From an uncultured Bacteroidaceae bacterium (GTDB taxonomy: Bacteria; Bacteroidota; Bacteroidia; Bacteroidales; SM23-62), in NCBI GenBank assembly GCA_964420035.1, contig CAYQQR010000001.1, positions 41,283 to 105,282 on the forward strand: a stretch of DNA of 64,000 nucleotides, read 5' to 3'. Made by a program: the position numbers and the translations under genes. Each line of letters starts with the position of its first letter. The first letter of the stretch is position 1. The notes under the pieces are model-generated. The model was given only the letters and a program-made list of their open reading frames with translations, was not told where the DNA came from and did no database searches. This document shows, piece after piece, positions 47,123 through 57,270 of this stretch.

Positions 47123-48078
47123 TCTTCAAGATCCTTCCAGATAAGACTGCTTGCCCCCAGGACGGCTGCATTTTTATCCTGTATGCCGGAGGGCCGGATC
47201 TTCACTTTGTTCTTGAAAACCCCCAAAAGGAATTTTTCCATATGTTTTTTCGCCGGCTTGAAGATAAGATCACCGGCTTTTGCCAGACCGCCAAAAAGGA
47301 AAAATGCTTCAGGACTCAGGTGGGCAACGGTGTCGGCCAGACCGCGACCCAGTATTTTGCCCGTATAATTAAAGGCCTCTTTCGCGATGGGATCTCCCTG
47401 GCGGGCTGCCTTATAGATCATCTCAGAGGTCAGTTCTTCAAAATGTATCTCCCGAAGTTCACTGGCTTCGATCATGATGGCCATCAATTCAAAAGCGGTG
47501 CGTTTTAAACCTGTTGCGGAAACATAGGTTTCCAGGCACCCTTTTTTACCACAATTACATTGCCTGCCCCCTTCCACTGCCAGGGTATGACCGAGCTCTC
47601 CTGCAAACCCGTCGTGTCCGTAAACAACGTTGCCATTGACAACAAGACCGCTACCCAGACCGGTGCCCAAAGTTATCACCACAAAATCACGCATGTCCCT
47701 GGCGCCGCCGTACATCATTTCGCCCAGTGCAGCAGCATTGGCATCATTGGTAATGGCTATGGGGATATCATAATGTTTTTTCAGCAGTTCGGTAACCGGA
47801 ATGACCCCTTTCCAATCCAGGTTGGGTGCATATTCAATGGTCCCGTGATAATAATTACCGTTGGGAGCACCCACCCCAATGCCCAGAACTTCAAATTCCT
47901 GCTTTTCTTTTTTCCTGGTCTTTTCAATGTTGTTGTGCAGATATTGCAAATAGGAATTGATATCCTGGTGATCGGTGGTCCTGATGTTTCCTTCAGCATA
48001 AGTGTTTCCCTGGCGATCGACCAGACCGAATTTTGTAAATGTACCTCCGATATCAATGCCGATAACGACCTTTTTCAT
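47113..48078 (-). CDS. ROK family sugar kinase (glucokinase-like)
   Basis: 321 aa; GIDIGGT, ITNDANAAALGE, zinc motif CNCGKKGCLETY. Confidence 0.85.
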   Translation of the reverse strand: MKKVVIGIDIGGTFTKFGLVDRQGNTYAEGNIRTTDHQDINSYLQYLHNNIEKTRKKEKQEFEVLGIGVGAPNGNYYHGTIEYAPNLDWKGVIPVTELLKKHYDIPIAITNDANAAALGEMMYGGARDMRDFVVITLGTGLGSGLVVNGNVVYGHDGFAGELGHTLAVEGGRQCNCGKKGCLETYVSATGLKRTAFELMAIMIEASELREIHFEELTSEMIYKAARQGDPIAKEAFNYTGKILGRGLADTVAHLSPEAFFLFGGLAKAGDLIFKPAKKHMEKFLLGVFKNKVKIRPSGIQDKNAAVLGASSLIWKDLEDYS

Positions 48079-48193
48079 TATGGATTGGATTTTATATTGG
48101 GGCTCAAATGTACAATTTTTATGGAAAACAGTCTTATTTCACGAAGCCCGCTTTGGCTTTACAAAAAATGTGTAAATTAGTTCGTTAAACAAT

Positions 48194-49063
48194 ATGAGCA
48201 TGGAACTAAAAAATTTTATTGTCCCGATTGATTTTTCCGGGGAATCATTGAACGGTCTGAAGATGGCCATGTTATTTGGCAAAAAAAGGCCGGTTAACAT
48301 TCAGATGGTCTACGTTCAAAAAACCAGTGCTGATTATTTTCAACCCGGCTATCATGAAGAAGAAAAAAACTGGGCCACAAAGAAATTTGAAAAGATCGTC
48401 AAAGAGTTCACGCCCAAACTGGAAAATGATTCCAAATTAAAATACATCATTAAAAGCGGTAAGATTTACAAGGAGGTAGTCAACCAGGTTGAATCTTACA
48501 GCGATGCTATGGTGGTGGCATCCACCCATGGAGCATCAGGGTTTGAAGAATTTTTTCTGGGAAGCAATGCTTATAAGATTATTTCGGCCACCAACAAACC
48601 GGTTATCACCATAAGGAAAGGAGAAGTTCCCCATGGCATCAGTAAAATTGTAATGACCCTGATCGCTAATGTGGATACCCGTCAGAAAGTGCCCATAACT
48701 GCTGAAATTGCTGAATTGTTCGGTGCGGAAATACATGTAATTACCGTTTCCTCCTCAAAAAGCAGCCGGGTTCAGCAAAGACTGGATGCTTATGCAAGGC
48801 AGGCGATAGGCTACCTGAATGCAAAAAAGATCAAACATTACCATAAATCCTTTGTCGGAGACAACCTGGCCGATCTTTCTGTAGTTTACGCCAGCTCGAT
48901 CGATGCCGATATGATCAGCATCATGAAACAACAGGGTAAATCCCTGAATGTTTTCCTGGGTAATTACGCGCAACAGGTTATGAACAAGGCCACCATTCCG
49001 GTTCTGTCCATATCGGTACGGGAAACGCATATTGCTACCGGATTTGTTGCATCGGGCGGTTGA
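48194..49063 (+). CDS. tandem universal stress protein (UspA) domain protein
   Basis: 289 aa; two Usp-like halves (VVASTHGASGFEEFFLGSNAYKII; NVFLGNYAQQVMNKATIPVL). Confidence 0.8.
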   Translation: MSMELKNFIVPIDFSGESLNGLKMAMLFGKKRPVNIQMVYVQKTSADYFQPGYHEEEKNWATKKFEKIVKEFTPKLENDSKLKYIIKSGKIYKEVVNQVESYSDAMVVASTHGASGFEEFFLGSNAYKIISATNKPVITIRKGEVPHGISKIVMTLIANVDTRQKVPITAEIAELFGAEIHVITVSSSKSSRVQQRLDAYARQAIGYLNAKKIKHYHKSFVGDNLADLSVVYASSIDADMISIMKQQGKSLNVFLGNYAQQVMNKATIPVLSISVRETHIATGFVASGG

Positions 49064-49065
49064 TC

Positions 49066-49875
49066 CTATTTTGCTTTACCGGCGATGATCTCCTTGCGGA
49101 ATTCCCTGGATAAAATACGCTCCTTCAATCCTCCCGGAATGATGGTTCCCAGGAAAAGAAGGAAATAATTGCTCGCACCGGGAATGATCATCCTTTTACC
49201 CTGAAGCATTTTTTTAATCGAAACGCGGGCCACTTTTTCGGCATCCAACATAAAAAGTTTACCCATGGCACCATGTGCATCTGTTCTCGCGATGGTGGCA
49301 TAATTGGTTTTTACGCCGTTTGGACATACCACGGATACACGAAGCCCTGTATGTTTCAATTCTTCCCGCAATGAAGTGCTGAAGCGGACAACAAAAGATT
49401 TACTGGCCGAATAAATAGTCTTGAAGGGAATGGGGAAGAAAGCCGACATGCTGCCCACATTCAGAATATGAGCGCGTTTTTTTTTGACCAAGTCAGGTAA
49501 AAACAGACGGGTAAGCAAAACCAGGGTCCGTATATTCAGCAGTATCCGTTGATCGGTATATTCGATATCGGAATCAAGAAAATAAGTCGATCCGGCAAGG
49601 CCGGCATTGTTGATCAGAATATCCACATCATATTGATTCGACCGGCACCATTGATATACATCTTTGTGCCCGCCGGTATCGGTGAGATCCTTCTCCAGGA
49701 AGTGAACCTGCACGCTAAAATTTTTTTCTATGTCCTTTGCAACTTCAGCCAGCTCTTTGCCCGGAAGGGCCACCAGCAGAAGGTTCATATTCCTGCGTGC
49801 ACATTCATAAGCCATGGCTTTCCCGATACCGGCACTGCCACCTGTTATTAGGGTATATGAATTTGAGCTGTTCAT
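49066..49875 (-). CDS. short-chain dehydrogenase/reductase (SDR)
   Basis: Start moved to ATG 49875 (MNSSNSYTLITGGSAGIGKA), giving an ATGA overlap with the upstream gene; TGxxxGIG, NNAG and YSASK motifs. Confidence 0.8.
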   Translation of the reverse strand: MNSSNSYTLITGGSAGIGKAMAYECARRNMNLLLVALPGKELAEVAKDIEKNFSVQVHFLEKDLTDTGGHKDVYQWCRSNQYDVDILINNAGLAGSTYFLDSDIEYTDQRILLNIRTLVLLTRLFLPDLVKKKRAHILNVGSMSAFFPIPFKTIYSASKSFVVRFSTSLREELKHTGLRVSVVCPNGVKTNYATIARTDAHGAMGKLFMLDAEKVARVSIKKMLQGKRMIIPGASNYFLLFLGTIIPGGLKERILSREFRKEIIAGKAK

Positions 49876-50864
49876 GCAATCCTGCCGTTTTCTTTTAACC
49901 ACTCCAAGGTTGTTTGAAAAGCCTGTCTCAGGTTTTTGGGATGATAATCCAGTTCCTGCGCTGCTTTTGCTGAGGATATCTTCCAATTTTGGTTGAATTT
50001 CCTCACATGTGCCGGGGTGATCAGGGGGACTTTACCACTTATCCGGGCCCACAGGACCGTCATCGTGGCAAAACCGGTCATTAAGCCGTAGGGAACCCGG
50101 AACAATCTGTATTTTTTACCGGTGCATTCCCGCAAAATTTTAAAAAAATCATTATAAATCACATTCTCTCCTCCCAATATATAAACCTCCCCGGCTCGTC
50201 CCTTTTGCATGGCCAGAACATGGCCCTCCACTACATCGTGAACGAGCACATAATTAGCGATGCACTTACCGTTACCGGGAATAAAATGCCATTTTCCCTT
50301 CGCATAGAGTTCGATCATACGGGCGACTGCATTACTGCTGCCGGCCCGGCCCGGACCAAAAACACGGGTGGGGCGGACTATCACTATATCCAGTCCTTTA
50401 TTGAAATAAGAAAGGGCCAATTTTTCCGCTTCCGCCTTTGAGGCCTCATAAGCAGTAAAATGCCTGGCGGAATAAGCATGCTTTTCATCAATCTCATCTG
50501 CATTCGACGGGCGCGTTACCCCCGCTGTTGAGGTAAATACAACTTTCTTAACCTTGTGTTTCAGGGCTAATTCAAATATAGTCCCTGCTCCTTCCAGGTT
50601 AAATTTGAAAAATTCAGAAGAATCCCTTATCCAGGGTAGGGTAAGGGCAGCAATGTGATAGACCTGGTCACTACCCTTAATGGCTTTTTCCAATATTCCG
50701 GGTTGATCAAGGCTGCCCATAAAGGGTGTGATGTTGGGATGGTCCAGGAATGGCAGAAAGGCCTCGTTCCTTATCAGGGCATGGATCCTGTGTCCCTCCC
50801 CGGCGAGTTTTTCAACCAGGTGAGCGCCTATGAATCCGGTGGCTCCGCTTATAAATATCCTCAT
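49872..50864 (-). CDS. NAD-dependent epimerase/dehydratase family protein (extended SDR)
   Basis: Start moved to ATG 50864 (MRIFISGATGFIGAHL), giving an ATGA overlap with the upstream gene; YEASK catalytic motif. Confidence 0.8.
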   Translation of the reverse strand: MRIFISGATGFIGAHLVEKLAGEGHRIHALIRNEAFLPFLDHPNITPFMGSLDQPGILEKAIKGSDQVYHIAALTLPWIRDSSEFFKFNLEGAGTIFELALKHKVKKVVFTSTAGVTRPSNADEIDEKHAYSARHFTAYEASKAEAEKLALSYFNKGLDIVIVRPTRVFGPGRAGSSNAVARMIELYAKGKWHFIPGNGKCIANYVLVHDVVEGHVLAMQKGRAGEVYILGGENVIYNDFFKILRECTGKKYRLFRVPYGLMTGFATMTVLWARISGKVPLITPAHVRKFNQNWKISSAKAAQELDYHPKNLRQAFQTTLEWLKENGRIA

Positions 50865-51589
50865 GACCACGAAGGTATGAATTTGAACCGAGGATGATGT
50901 TTCAATGTAAACCATTCATTGGATAAAGCCAGGGTCAGGTGGGTCAGGCCGGCAAACCAGATGGTTCCGGTATCTAAAGTACCCAGGCACAGAATTATAC
51001 CCAGGGGAATGGATCCTAAAGCAAGCTTTGAGGATCTGGGCAGATGTACCAGGGCATAAATGCAGGTATTCAAGACAATGGCCGGCCAGATACCGATATT
51101 TTCCACGGCAGTGAACAAAAAGAAACCACGAAACATGAATTCATAAGCCAGCAGATAAGCCGTCCAACCAGAAGCGCTTAAGATCAGCAGGGGCCAATTC
51201 CATTCCGGGCAATCGATCAGCTGGTCTTGCTTGATATCAGAATGACTTCGGGGCGAAAAGGCGATGGTCAAGATCAACAATGCTCCACAAGGAAGGTACC
51301 AGATCAAAGTACGGGTAAAATGAACCGGACCGGTTCCGGGAATATTATGATCTTCCAGCAGGAATAAGGAAACGGCCATGGGAATCAATCCAAAGAAAAA
51401 GACACCCGATAAACGGGTGAATAATGCTGAACGAAGAGAAGCCGGACAAGGCTCATGTTTTTTAAACAACCATTTTTGTGGAGGATTTTCCAGGGTCAGC
51501 CAGTGGTGAAATAGGTATCCAATGCTGACTGTAGCCACAACAACTAAGAGTTCGTTCCAGCCCGAATCTCCATTAAACTGAAATAACAT
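50861..51589 (-). CDS. CPBP (CAAX) family intramembrane protease-like protein
   Basis: 242 aa polytopic; LAYEFMFRGF (EExxxR-like), CIYALVHL and GLTHLTLA motifs. Confidence 0.6.
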   Translation of the reverse strand: MLFQFNGDSGWNELLVVVATVSIGYLFHHWLTLENPPQKWLFKKHEPCPASLRSALFTRLSGVFFFGLIPMAVSLFLLEDHNIPGTGPVHFTRTLIWYLPCGALLILTIAFSPRSHSDIKQDQLIDCPEWNWPLLILSASGWTAYLLAYEFMFRGFFLFTAVENIGIWPAIVLNTCIYALVHLPRSSKLALGSIPLGIILCLGTLDTGTIWFAGLTHLTLALSNEWFTLKHHPRFKFIPSWS

Positions 51590-51649
51590 AGAATACTTCC
51601 TTTAAGACCTTAAATTAGTAAAATATAAATAGTATGATTTTGTTCTTCC

Positions 51650-53122
51650 ATGCAAAATGACCCAGAAGCGAATGCTATTGTTGCAGGTGCCGGTATAGGG
51701 GGTATTGCCACCGCCGTCAGACTTGCAGCAAAAGGCTACAAGGTAAAGGTTTTTGAGACCAACAGCTATCCGGGTGGAAAACTTTCAGAGATCCGGGCAG
51801 GGAAATACCGCTTTGACGCGGGACCTTCCTTATTTACCCTTCCGGAGAATGTAGAAAAGCTTTTTAAACTGGCCGGGGAAGAACCGGAAGAACATTTTCA
51901 GTACGCTTCACTGGAGGTACTGTGCAATTATTTTTTTTCCGGCGGAACACGATTGCAGGCCTGCCAGGATAAGGAAAAATTTGCAGGCGAAATTGAAAAA
52001 AAAACAAGCGACCAAGCGGACACCGTCCTAAAATTCCTGCGTAAGTCGGCACAGCTCTATGATCTTACCGACCGGGTTTTTATACGTTCTTCTTTCCACC
52101 GCCTGAAAACCTTTCTCTCTAAATACATGCTCCGGGCCGGAGTAAACTGGTGGCGCCTGAATGCCTTTACTACCATGCACAAGGTGATTGAAAAGTACTT
52201 CAAGGATCCCAGAACCATTCAATTGTTTGACCGCTATGCCACCTACAATGGTTCCAGTCCCTATAAAGCACCCGGAACCCTGAATGTCATCCCCCACCTG
52301 GAATATAACCTGGGGGCCTATATCCCCCGGGGAGGAATGCATGCGATCACCATGAGCCTGGTCTGTCTGGCAGAAAGAATGGGGACGGAATTTTATTTCG
52401 AAACGCCGGTAGAGCAAATCATCCATGAACAGGGTCGTGTACAAGGCGTGCGGGCCGGGGGAGAATTGCATCATGCCGCGGTAGTTATATCGGATGTGGA
52501 TCTTGTCCGGGCCTACGATCTGATCGATGGCCATGATATTCCCACCCAATATTTGAAACAGGAAAGGTCCTCTTCTGCCCTGGTTTTCTATTGGGGTATC
52601 AAAAAAAGCTTTCCCGACCTGGACCTGCATAATATATTCTTCAGTGATAACTATAAGGAAGAATTTGATAACCTTTTTGACAGGAAAGGGTTTTATCCCG
52701 ACCCGACCATTTATATCAATATTACTTCCAAGTATGTTCCGGGGGATGCACCGGACGGATGTGAAAACTGGTTTACCATGATCAATGTGCCCGAGAATGT
52801 CGGACAGGATTGGGAAAAAATACGCGCTGAAGCCCGCGGGATCATCATCAAAAAACTCAACAAAATACTGGATGTCGATATAGAAGCTCTGATAGAAGAA
52901 GAGGATTACCTGGACCCCGTTTTAATAGAGCAGCGGACGGCATCCTGGCACGGGTCACTTTACGGGAACAGCTCTAATTCCATGTTTGCTGCTTTCCGCA
53001 GGCATCCCAATTTCAGTCCCGCGCTTAAGGGACTCTATTTCACCGGCGGCAGTGTGCATCCCGGGGGAGGAATCCCCCTCTGTCTTTCTTCCGCGGAGAT
53101 TATCGACGACATGATACGGTAG
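51650..53122 (+). CDS. phytoene desaturase (CrtI/CrtD) family FAD-dependent oxidoreductase
   Basis: 490 aa; GAGIGGIATAVRLAAKGYKVKVFE dinucleotide fold; C-terminal LYFTGGSVHPGGGIP. Confidence 0.8.
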   Translation: MQNDPEANAIVAGAGIGGIATAVRLAAKGYKVKVFETNSYPGGKLSEIRAGKYRFDAGPSLFTLPENVEKLFKLAGEEPEEHFQYASLEVLCNYFFSGGTRLQACQDKEKFAGEIEKKTSDQADTVLKFLRKSAQLYDLTDRVFIRSSFHRLKTFLSKYMLRAGVNWWRLNAFTTMHKVIEKYFKDPRTIQLFDRYATYNGSSPYKAPGTLNVIPHLEYNLGAYIPRGGMHAITMSLVCLAERMGTEFYFETPVEQIIHEQGRVQGVRAGGELHHAAVVISDVDLVRAYDLIDGHDIPTQYLKQERSSSALVFYWGIKKSFPDLDLHNIFFSDNYKEEFDNLFDRKGFYPDPTIYINITSKYVPGDAPDGCENWFTMINVPENVGQDWEKIRAEARGIIIKKLNKILDVDIEALIEEEDYLDPVLIEQRTASWHGSLYGNSSNSMFAAFRRHPNFSPALKGLYFTGGSVHPGGGIPLCLSSAEIIDDMIR

Positions 53123-53204
53123 CTCATTCGAAGCAGGCAGTTGAATATTTCTGATTGATTTGAATAATTCCTAAATTGAGCCTTCTAACACAAAGCCCGA
53201 TATT

Positions 53205-54848
53205 ATGCTAGAAAGGAACCTGGTTCAGACCTACCAGGACAGTCTGAACAAAAACAAAGAACATCCGGCCTTCACCGATTATAATGGAGGTAGTTACACG
53301 TACAGGGAAGCAGGGGATTGGATTAGAAAATTACATGCCATCTATAAAGCCGCCGGTATCAAAAAGGGAGATAAAATCGCTCTGCTCGGTAAGAATTCTG
53401 CCAACTGGGGAATCATTTACCTGGCCACCATAAGCTATGGGGCGGTGATCGTACCCATATTGCCGGATTTTACACCCGAAGATATGGGGCACATCATCGA
53501 TCATTCCGATTCCGTCTTGCTTTTCGTCGGAGATATCCTGTGGCCCCCGCTTGAAGCCTTCAAGCTTAAAAAATTGAGGGGAATATTCTTTATCCAGGAT
53601 TTCAAACTGGTTGAGGACAGGTACAAGAAAAGAATAGAAAAAGTACTGGATGATCTGGATACACAGGCCGAAATGCAATTCGGCAAGGAGGCGGAACTGA
53701 ACTTCCCGGAGATTGGCAATGAAGAACTGGCTGTTATCTCCTATACCTCCGGGACCACCGGATTTTCCAAAGGGGTTATGCTTTCCCATAACAGCCTGAT
53801 GGCCAATATCCAGTTCGCCCAGGAACATATGCCCCTGGAGCCCAAGGATGACATCGTTTCCTTCCTGCCCCTGGCTCATGCTTACGGTTGTGCTTTTGAA
53901 TTCCTTTTTCCGGTAACCCTGGGTTGTCATATTACCTTCCTTACAAAAACACCCTCTCCGCAGATCATCACCCGGGCATTCCGGGAGATCCGGCCGCGTC
54001 TGATCCTGTCGGTCCCCCTGGTGATTGAAAAGATTTACAAGAAGAGGATTCTTCCGGCCCTGAACAAACCGACAATAAAATTCATGATGAAGGTACCCTT
54101 ACTCAACAGGGTGGTATACAAGAAAGTCTACAAGCAGGTATTTAATACTTTCGGGGGCAACTTCGTGGAGCTTGTTATCGGCGGTGCCGCCCTTAGTCCG
54201 GAAGCCGAGGATTTCTTCAGAAAGATAGGACTTCATTTTACAGTAGGTTATGGCATGACCGAATGTGGTCCACTGATCAGCTACGCCAGCTGGGATACCA
54301 CCAAACCCCGGTCCGCGGGTAAACTTGTCGACACCCTGGAGCTCAAGATCGATTCCCCAGACCCCTATAAGGAAGTGGGAGAGATCATGGTCCGGGGAGA
54401 GAACGTGATGGAAGGCTACTATAAAAATGAAGAAGCCACCAAAGCTGTGCTTGATGAAGACGGATGGTTTCATACCGGAGATCTGGGCCTGACGGATAAG
54501 GACCAGTTCATATTCATCCGGGGACGCAGTAAAAGTATGTTGCTGGGACCCAGCGGACAGAATATATATCCCGAGGAGATCGAAGCCAGGCTGAATAACT
54601 TACCCCTGGTAAGTGAATCCGTGGTGGTTCAAAGGGAACAAAAACTGGTGGCACTGGTTCATCCTGACGAAGAAGTAATGAAAGCCGAGGGCTTAAACAA
54701 AGAGGACCTCCGGGAAAAATTCGCGGAATACCGTTTTGACATCAATAGGTCGCTGGCAACCTATATGACGCTCTCTGATATCCAGCTGCATGAGGAAGAA
54801 TTTGTGAAAACACCTAAAAGAAGCATCAAGCGCTTCCTCTATCAGTAG
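53205..54848 (+). CDS. AMP-binding enzyme (long-chain fatty acid--CoA ligase-like)
   Basis: 547 aa; YTSGTTGFSKGVMLSH AMP-binding motif, GYGMTE, HTGDLG. Confidence 0.85.
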   Translation: MLERNLVQTYQDSLNKNKEHPAFTDYNGGSYTYREAGDWIRKLHAIYKAAGIKKGDKIALLGKNSANWGIIYLATISYGAVIVPILPDFTPEDMGHIIDHSDSVLLFVGDILWPPLEAFKLKKLRGIFFIQDFKLVEDRYKKRIEKVLDDLDTQAEMQFGKEAELNFPEIGNEELAVISYTSGTTGFSKGVMLSHNSLMANIQFAQEHMPLEPKDDIVSFLPLAHAYGCAFEFLFPVTLGCHITFLTKTPSPQIITRAFREIRPRLILSVPLVIEKIYKKRILPALNKPTIKFMMKVPLLNRVVYKKVYKQVFNTFGGNFVELVIGGAALSPEAEDFFRKIGLHFTVGYGMTECGPLISYASWDTTKPRSAGKLVDTLELKIDSPDPYKEVGEIMVRGENVMEGYYKNEEATKAVLDEDGWFHTGDLGLTDKDQFIFIRGRSKSMLLGPSGQNIYPEEIEARLNNLPLVSESVVVQREQKLVALVHPDEEVMKAEGLNKEDLREKFAEYRFDINRSLATYMTLSDIQLHEEEFVKTPKRSIKRFLYQ

Positions 54849-54919
54849 CATCTGGTTCTCGTCAAGGGGCAAAGTTGAGGGAATGGACCAGGGGCATCAT
54901 GGTCCGGAAAATGTTCACC

Positions 54920-55603
54920 ATGACCAAAAAGTTTGTACTTGTTGCAGCCGGGGGAACGGGTCGTCGAATGCAGACAGAAATTCCGAAACAATTCCTGGAG
55001 ATCCATGGAGTTCCCGTACTGGTGCATACCATGCGGGCTTTCTATGACAGCCTGCCCGAAGCAGAAACCATCCTGGTGGTCCACCCGGAATGGACCGATC
55101 GATGGAAAAATATGGCCAATGAATATCTTCCCAATCGCTCTTTCCGCCTTGTCGAAGGGGGCAAAACCCGTTTTGATTCCGTCCGGAATGGCCTGGACGA
55201 AATAAAGGGGCCCGGGTTGGTTGCCGTGCACGATGCCGTCAGACCCCTGGTCCATAAAAACCTGATAAATAATTTGTTCTCGGAAGCAGAAAAAAATGAC
55301 AATGCCATTCCCGCAGTACCTGCTGGTGATACCGTGCGGATAATGAAGGAGGGCTACCCGGTGGGAATGGAACGGGAACAGGTTTTTCTGATACAGACCC
55401 CCCAGGTTTTCGATGTCGATCTATTAAAAAAAGCCTACAGGAAAAATTTCGAAACGCGATTTACGGACGATGCCACCGTATACGAATCCGATGGCCATAA
55501 GATCAGCCTGGTCCCGGGATCGGCAATGAACATCAAGATCACCCTGGAAAAGGATCTTGAGATAGCGGCCTCTTTCCTGAATAAGAGAACTTACTCCAAA
55601 TAG
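54920..55603 (+). CDS. ispD: 2-C-methyl-D-erythritol 4-phosphate cytidylyltransferase
   Basis: Start moved to ATG 54920 (MTKKFVLVAAGGTGRRM); VAAGGxGxRM, KQFL and VHDAVRP motifs. Confidence 0.9.
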   Translation: MTKKFVLVAAGGTGRRMQTEIPKQFLEIHGVPVLVHTMRAFYDSLPEAETILVVHPEWTDRWKNMANEYLPNRSFRLVEGGKTRFDSVRNGLDEIKGPGLVAVHDAVRPLVHKNLINNLFSEAEKNDNAIPAVPAGDTVRIMKEGYPVGMEREQVFLIQTPQVFDVDLLKKAYRKNFETRFTDDATVYESDGHKISLVPGSAMNIKITLEKDLEIAASFLNKRTYSK

Positions 55604-56277
55604 GTCTTTATGATCTCGCCACCAAAAGAATCATTGCTTTTGATCCTGTCCGGATCGCCTACATAACCGATAAATCCCCTGGTACTGGCCCGGGCATTCA
55701 AAAAATCACTGACCTGCACCTTTGCTTTTCCCCCGGTATTGGCCGTCACAATACATTCATTGCTTTTCATTTCATAGGCCGAGTACGTGCCACCGGAAGT
55801 AATTTTTACTTCCTGCCTGTCGGTTTGGCCGTAAAGCTGTATGATGCTGCCCTGACCAACCTTGGCTTTCAGATTATCCAACCATACCTCCAGTTGAATA
55901 TCTCCTCCGGAGAAAGCATTCAGTTCAAGGTAATCGTCCGTGAAAACTTCATCCGACCAGATCATGCCGCCTGTAGTGGCCGTTAATTTATTCAGGTCGT
56001 CAAAAGTAACCCGGACCAATACCTGACGTTCATCAGGATAAATATCCGGCTTCATCTTGATCTGCAATTCCTTGCCGTCCGATTCGGTAATAACCTTCCC
56101 GGGTTCCACATGGTGCACCTCAACTTCCACCCTTTCTTCATCACCCAGAATTAGTTCAACTTCAATCTTTCCGGAAACATAGATCTCTTCAAAAGGATCC
56201 AGCATCCTGGGCTCGGTGGTTTGCCCTTTTAGAAGCAAACTGCAGGCTGACAGCAGTGTGATAAAGACTATTTTCAT
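55591..56277 (-). CDS. secreted DUF2807/GIN-domain (beta-helix) protein
   Basis: Start moved to ATG 56277 (MKIVFITLLSACSLLLKGQ), because the longer N-terminus is translated from repeat R2; F..I.VSG.I.V.L pattern of DUF2807. Confidence 0.6.
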   Translation of the reverse strand: MKIVFITLLSACSLLLKGQTTEPRMLDPFEEIYVSGKIEVELILGDEERVEVEVHHVEPGKVITESDGKELQIKMKPDIYPDERQVLVRVTFDDLNKLTATTGGMIWSDEVFTDDYLELNAFSGGDIQLEVWLDNLKAKVGQGSIIQLYGQTDRQEVKITSGGTYSAYEMKSNECIVTANTGGKAKVQVSDFLNARASTRGFIGYVGDPDRIKSNDSFGGEIIKTYLE

Positions 56278-56302
56278 GATTTCTATGTTGTTAAACGGGT
56301 TT

Positions 56303-56430
56303 GAATTACGCGAGCATATTCCCCGTGGCTCTGCCGCGGGGTAAGCAAGCACCATTAAAATAAACAATTAATCGATGATTGGCTCCGCCGAGCTAAAGGT
56401 TCCTCGCGGCTTGCCGCGAGGAGGGTCAAT
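56303..56430 (+). repeat. intergenic hairpin-module repeat, type R2 (copy b)
   Basis: See 14487-14614; hairpins 56321-56341 (CCCCGTGG-CTCTG-CCGCGGGG) and 56402-56421 (CCTCGCGG-CTTG-CCGCGAGG, perfect). Confidence 0.85.
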
Positions 56431-56589
56431 ATTTTAAGTGTATAACGTAAAAAAACGGGTCTGGGTTATACCGGTATAAAGCAACAAATAATGAATTAAA
56501 TAGAAAAATAACGTCTATTTAACTTAGGGAGTGAACAAAAATTATACGTTTGCACTTTATAGTACTATGAAAACTTTGGAAACTTTTAC

Positions 56590-57270
56590 ATGCACATGAG
56601 TTTTCTACAGGAGATCACCCACAAACTGGAACTGGACCGGGAGATTATGGGGATACTTGAGCGGGTTCAGCCCCTCTATCAGAAATACGGAATAAAGAGC
56701 GTCACCATGGAGGATGTGTCCCGTGCCCTGGGAGTATCTAAAAAGACCCTGTACGGCCATATCCGCGACAAAGAGGAGTTGGTCCGGCTTACGGTACAAT
56801 TCGAGATTCATAAACACCTTGAATTTATTGACGGGATCATTCATTCTGAGGAACATGCCATAGAAGAATTGATCAGGGTGTGGTCCTATATGAATGAAAT
56901 GCTGGCTTCCTACAGTGAAACCGCAGAATATGATCTGAAGAAATACTATCCGGATCTTTATTCCGAGGTAGAGGAGATGCGACAGGAACAATTGTATCAA
57001 TGCGTACTGAACAATATTCACAAAGGAAAAAAAACCGGTCTGTACCGCCAGGATCTTGACGAGGAAGTCATAGCTAAATTGCATGCAGGACGTTTGCAGA
57101 AGATCTCTGATGATGAGTTGTTTACCCGTAATGAGCTTATATCGCCTAAATTCTTCCATGAATTCATGATCTATCACATACGGGGGATCGCGTCACCAAA
57201 GGGGATCGGGTACCTGGAAGAGCATATGGACCGGATCGGACAAATGAAGGAGGGGTGGAAGGGGCAGTAA
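56590..57270 (+). CDS. TetR/AcrR family transcriptional regulator
   Basis: 226 aa; N-terminal HTH KSVTMEDVSRALGVSKKTLYGHIRDKEELV. Confidence 0.85.
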   Translation: MHMSFLQEITHKLELDREIMGILERVQPLYQKYGIKSVTMEDVSRALGVSKKTLYGHIRDKEELVRLTVQFEIHKHLEFIDGIIHSEEHAIEELIRVWSYMNEMLASYSETAEYDLKKYYPDLYSEVEEMRQEQLYQCVLNNIHKGKKTGLYRQDLDEEVIAKLHAGRLQKISDDELFTRNELISPKFFHEFMIYHIRGIASPKGIGYLEEHMDRIGQMKEGWKGQ

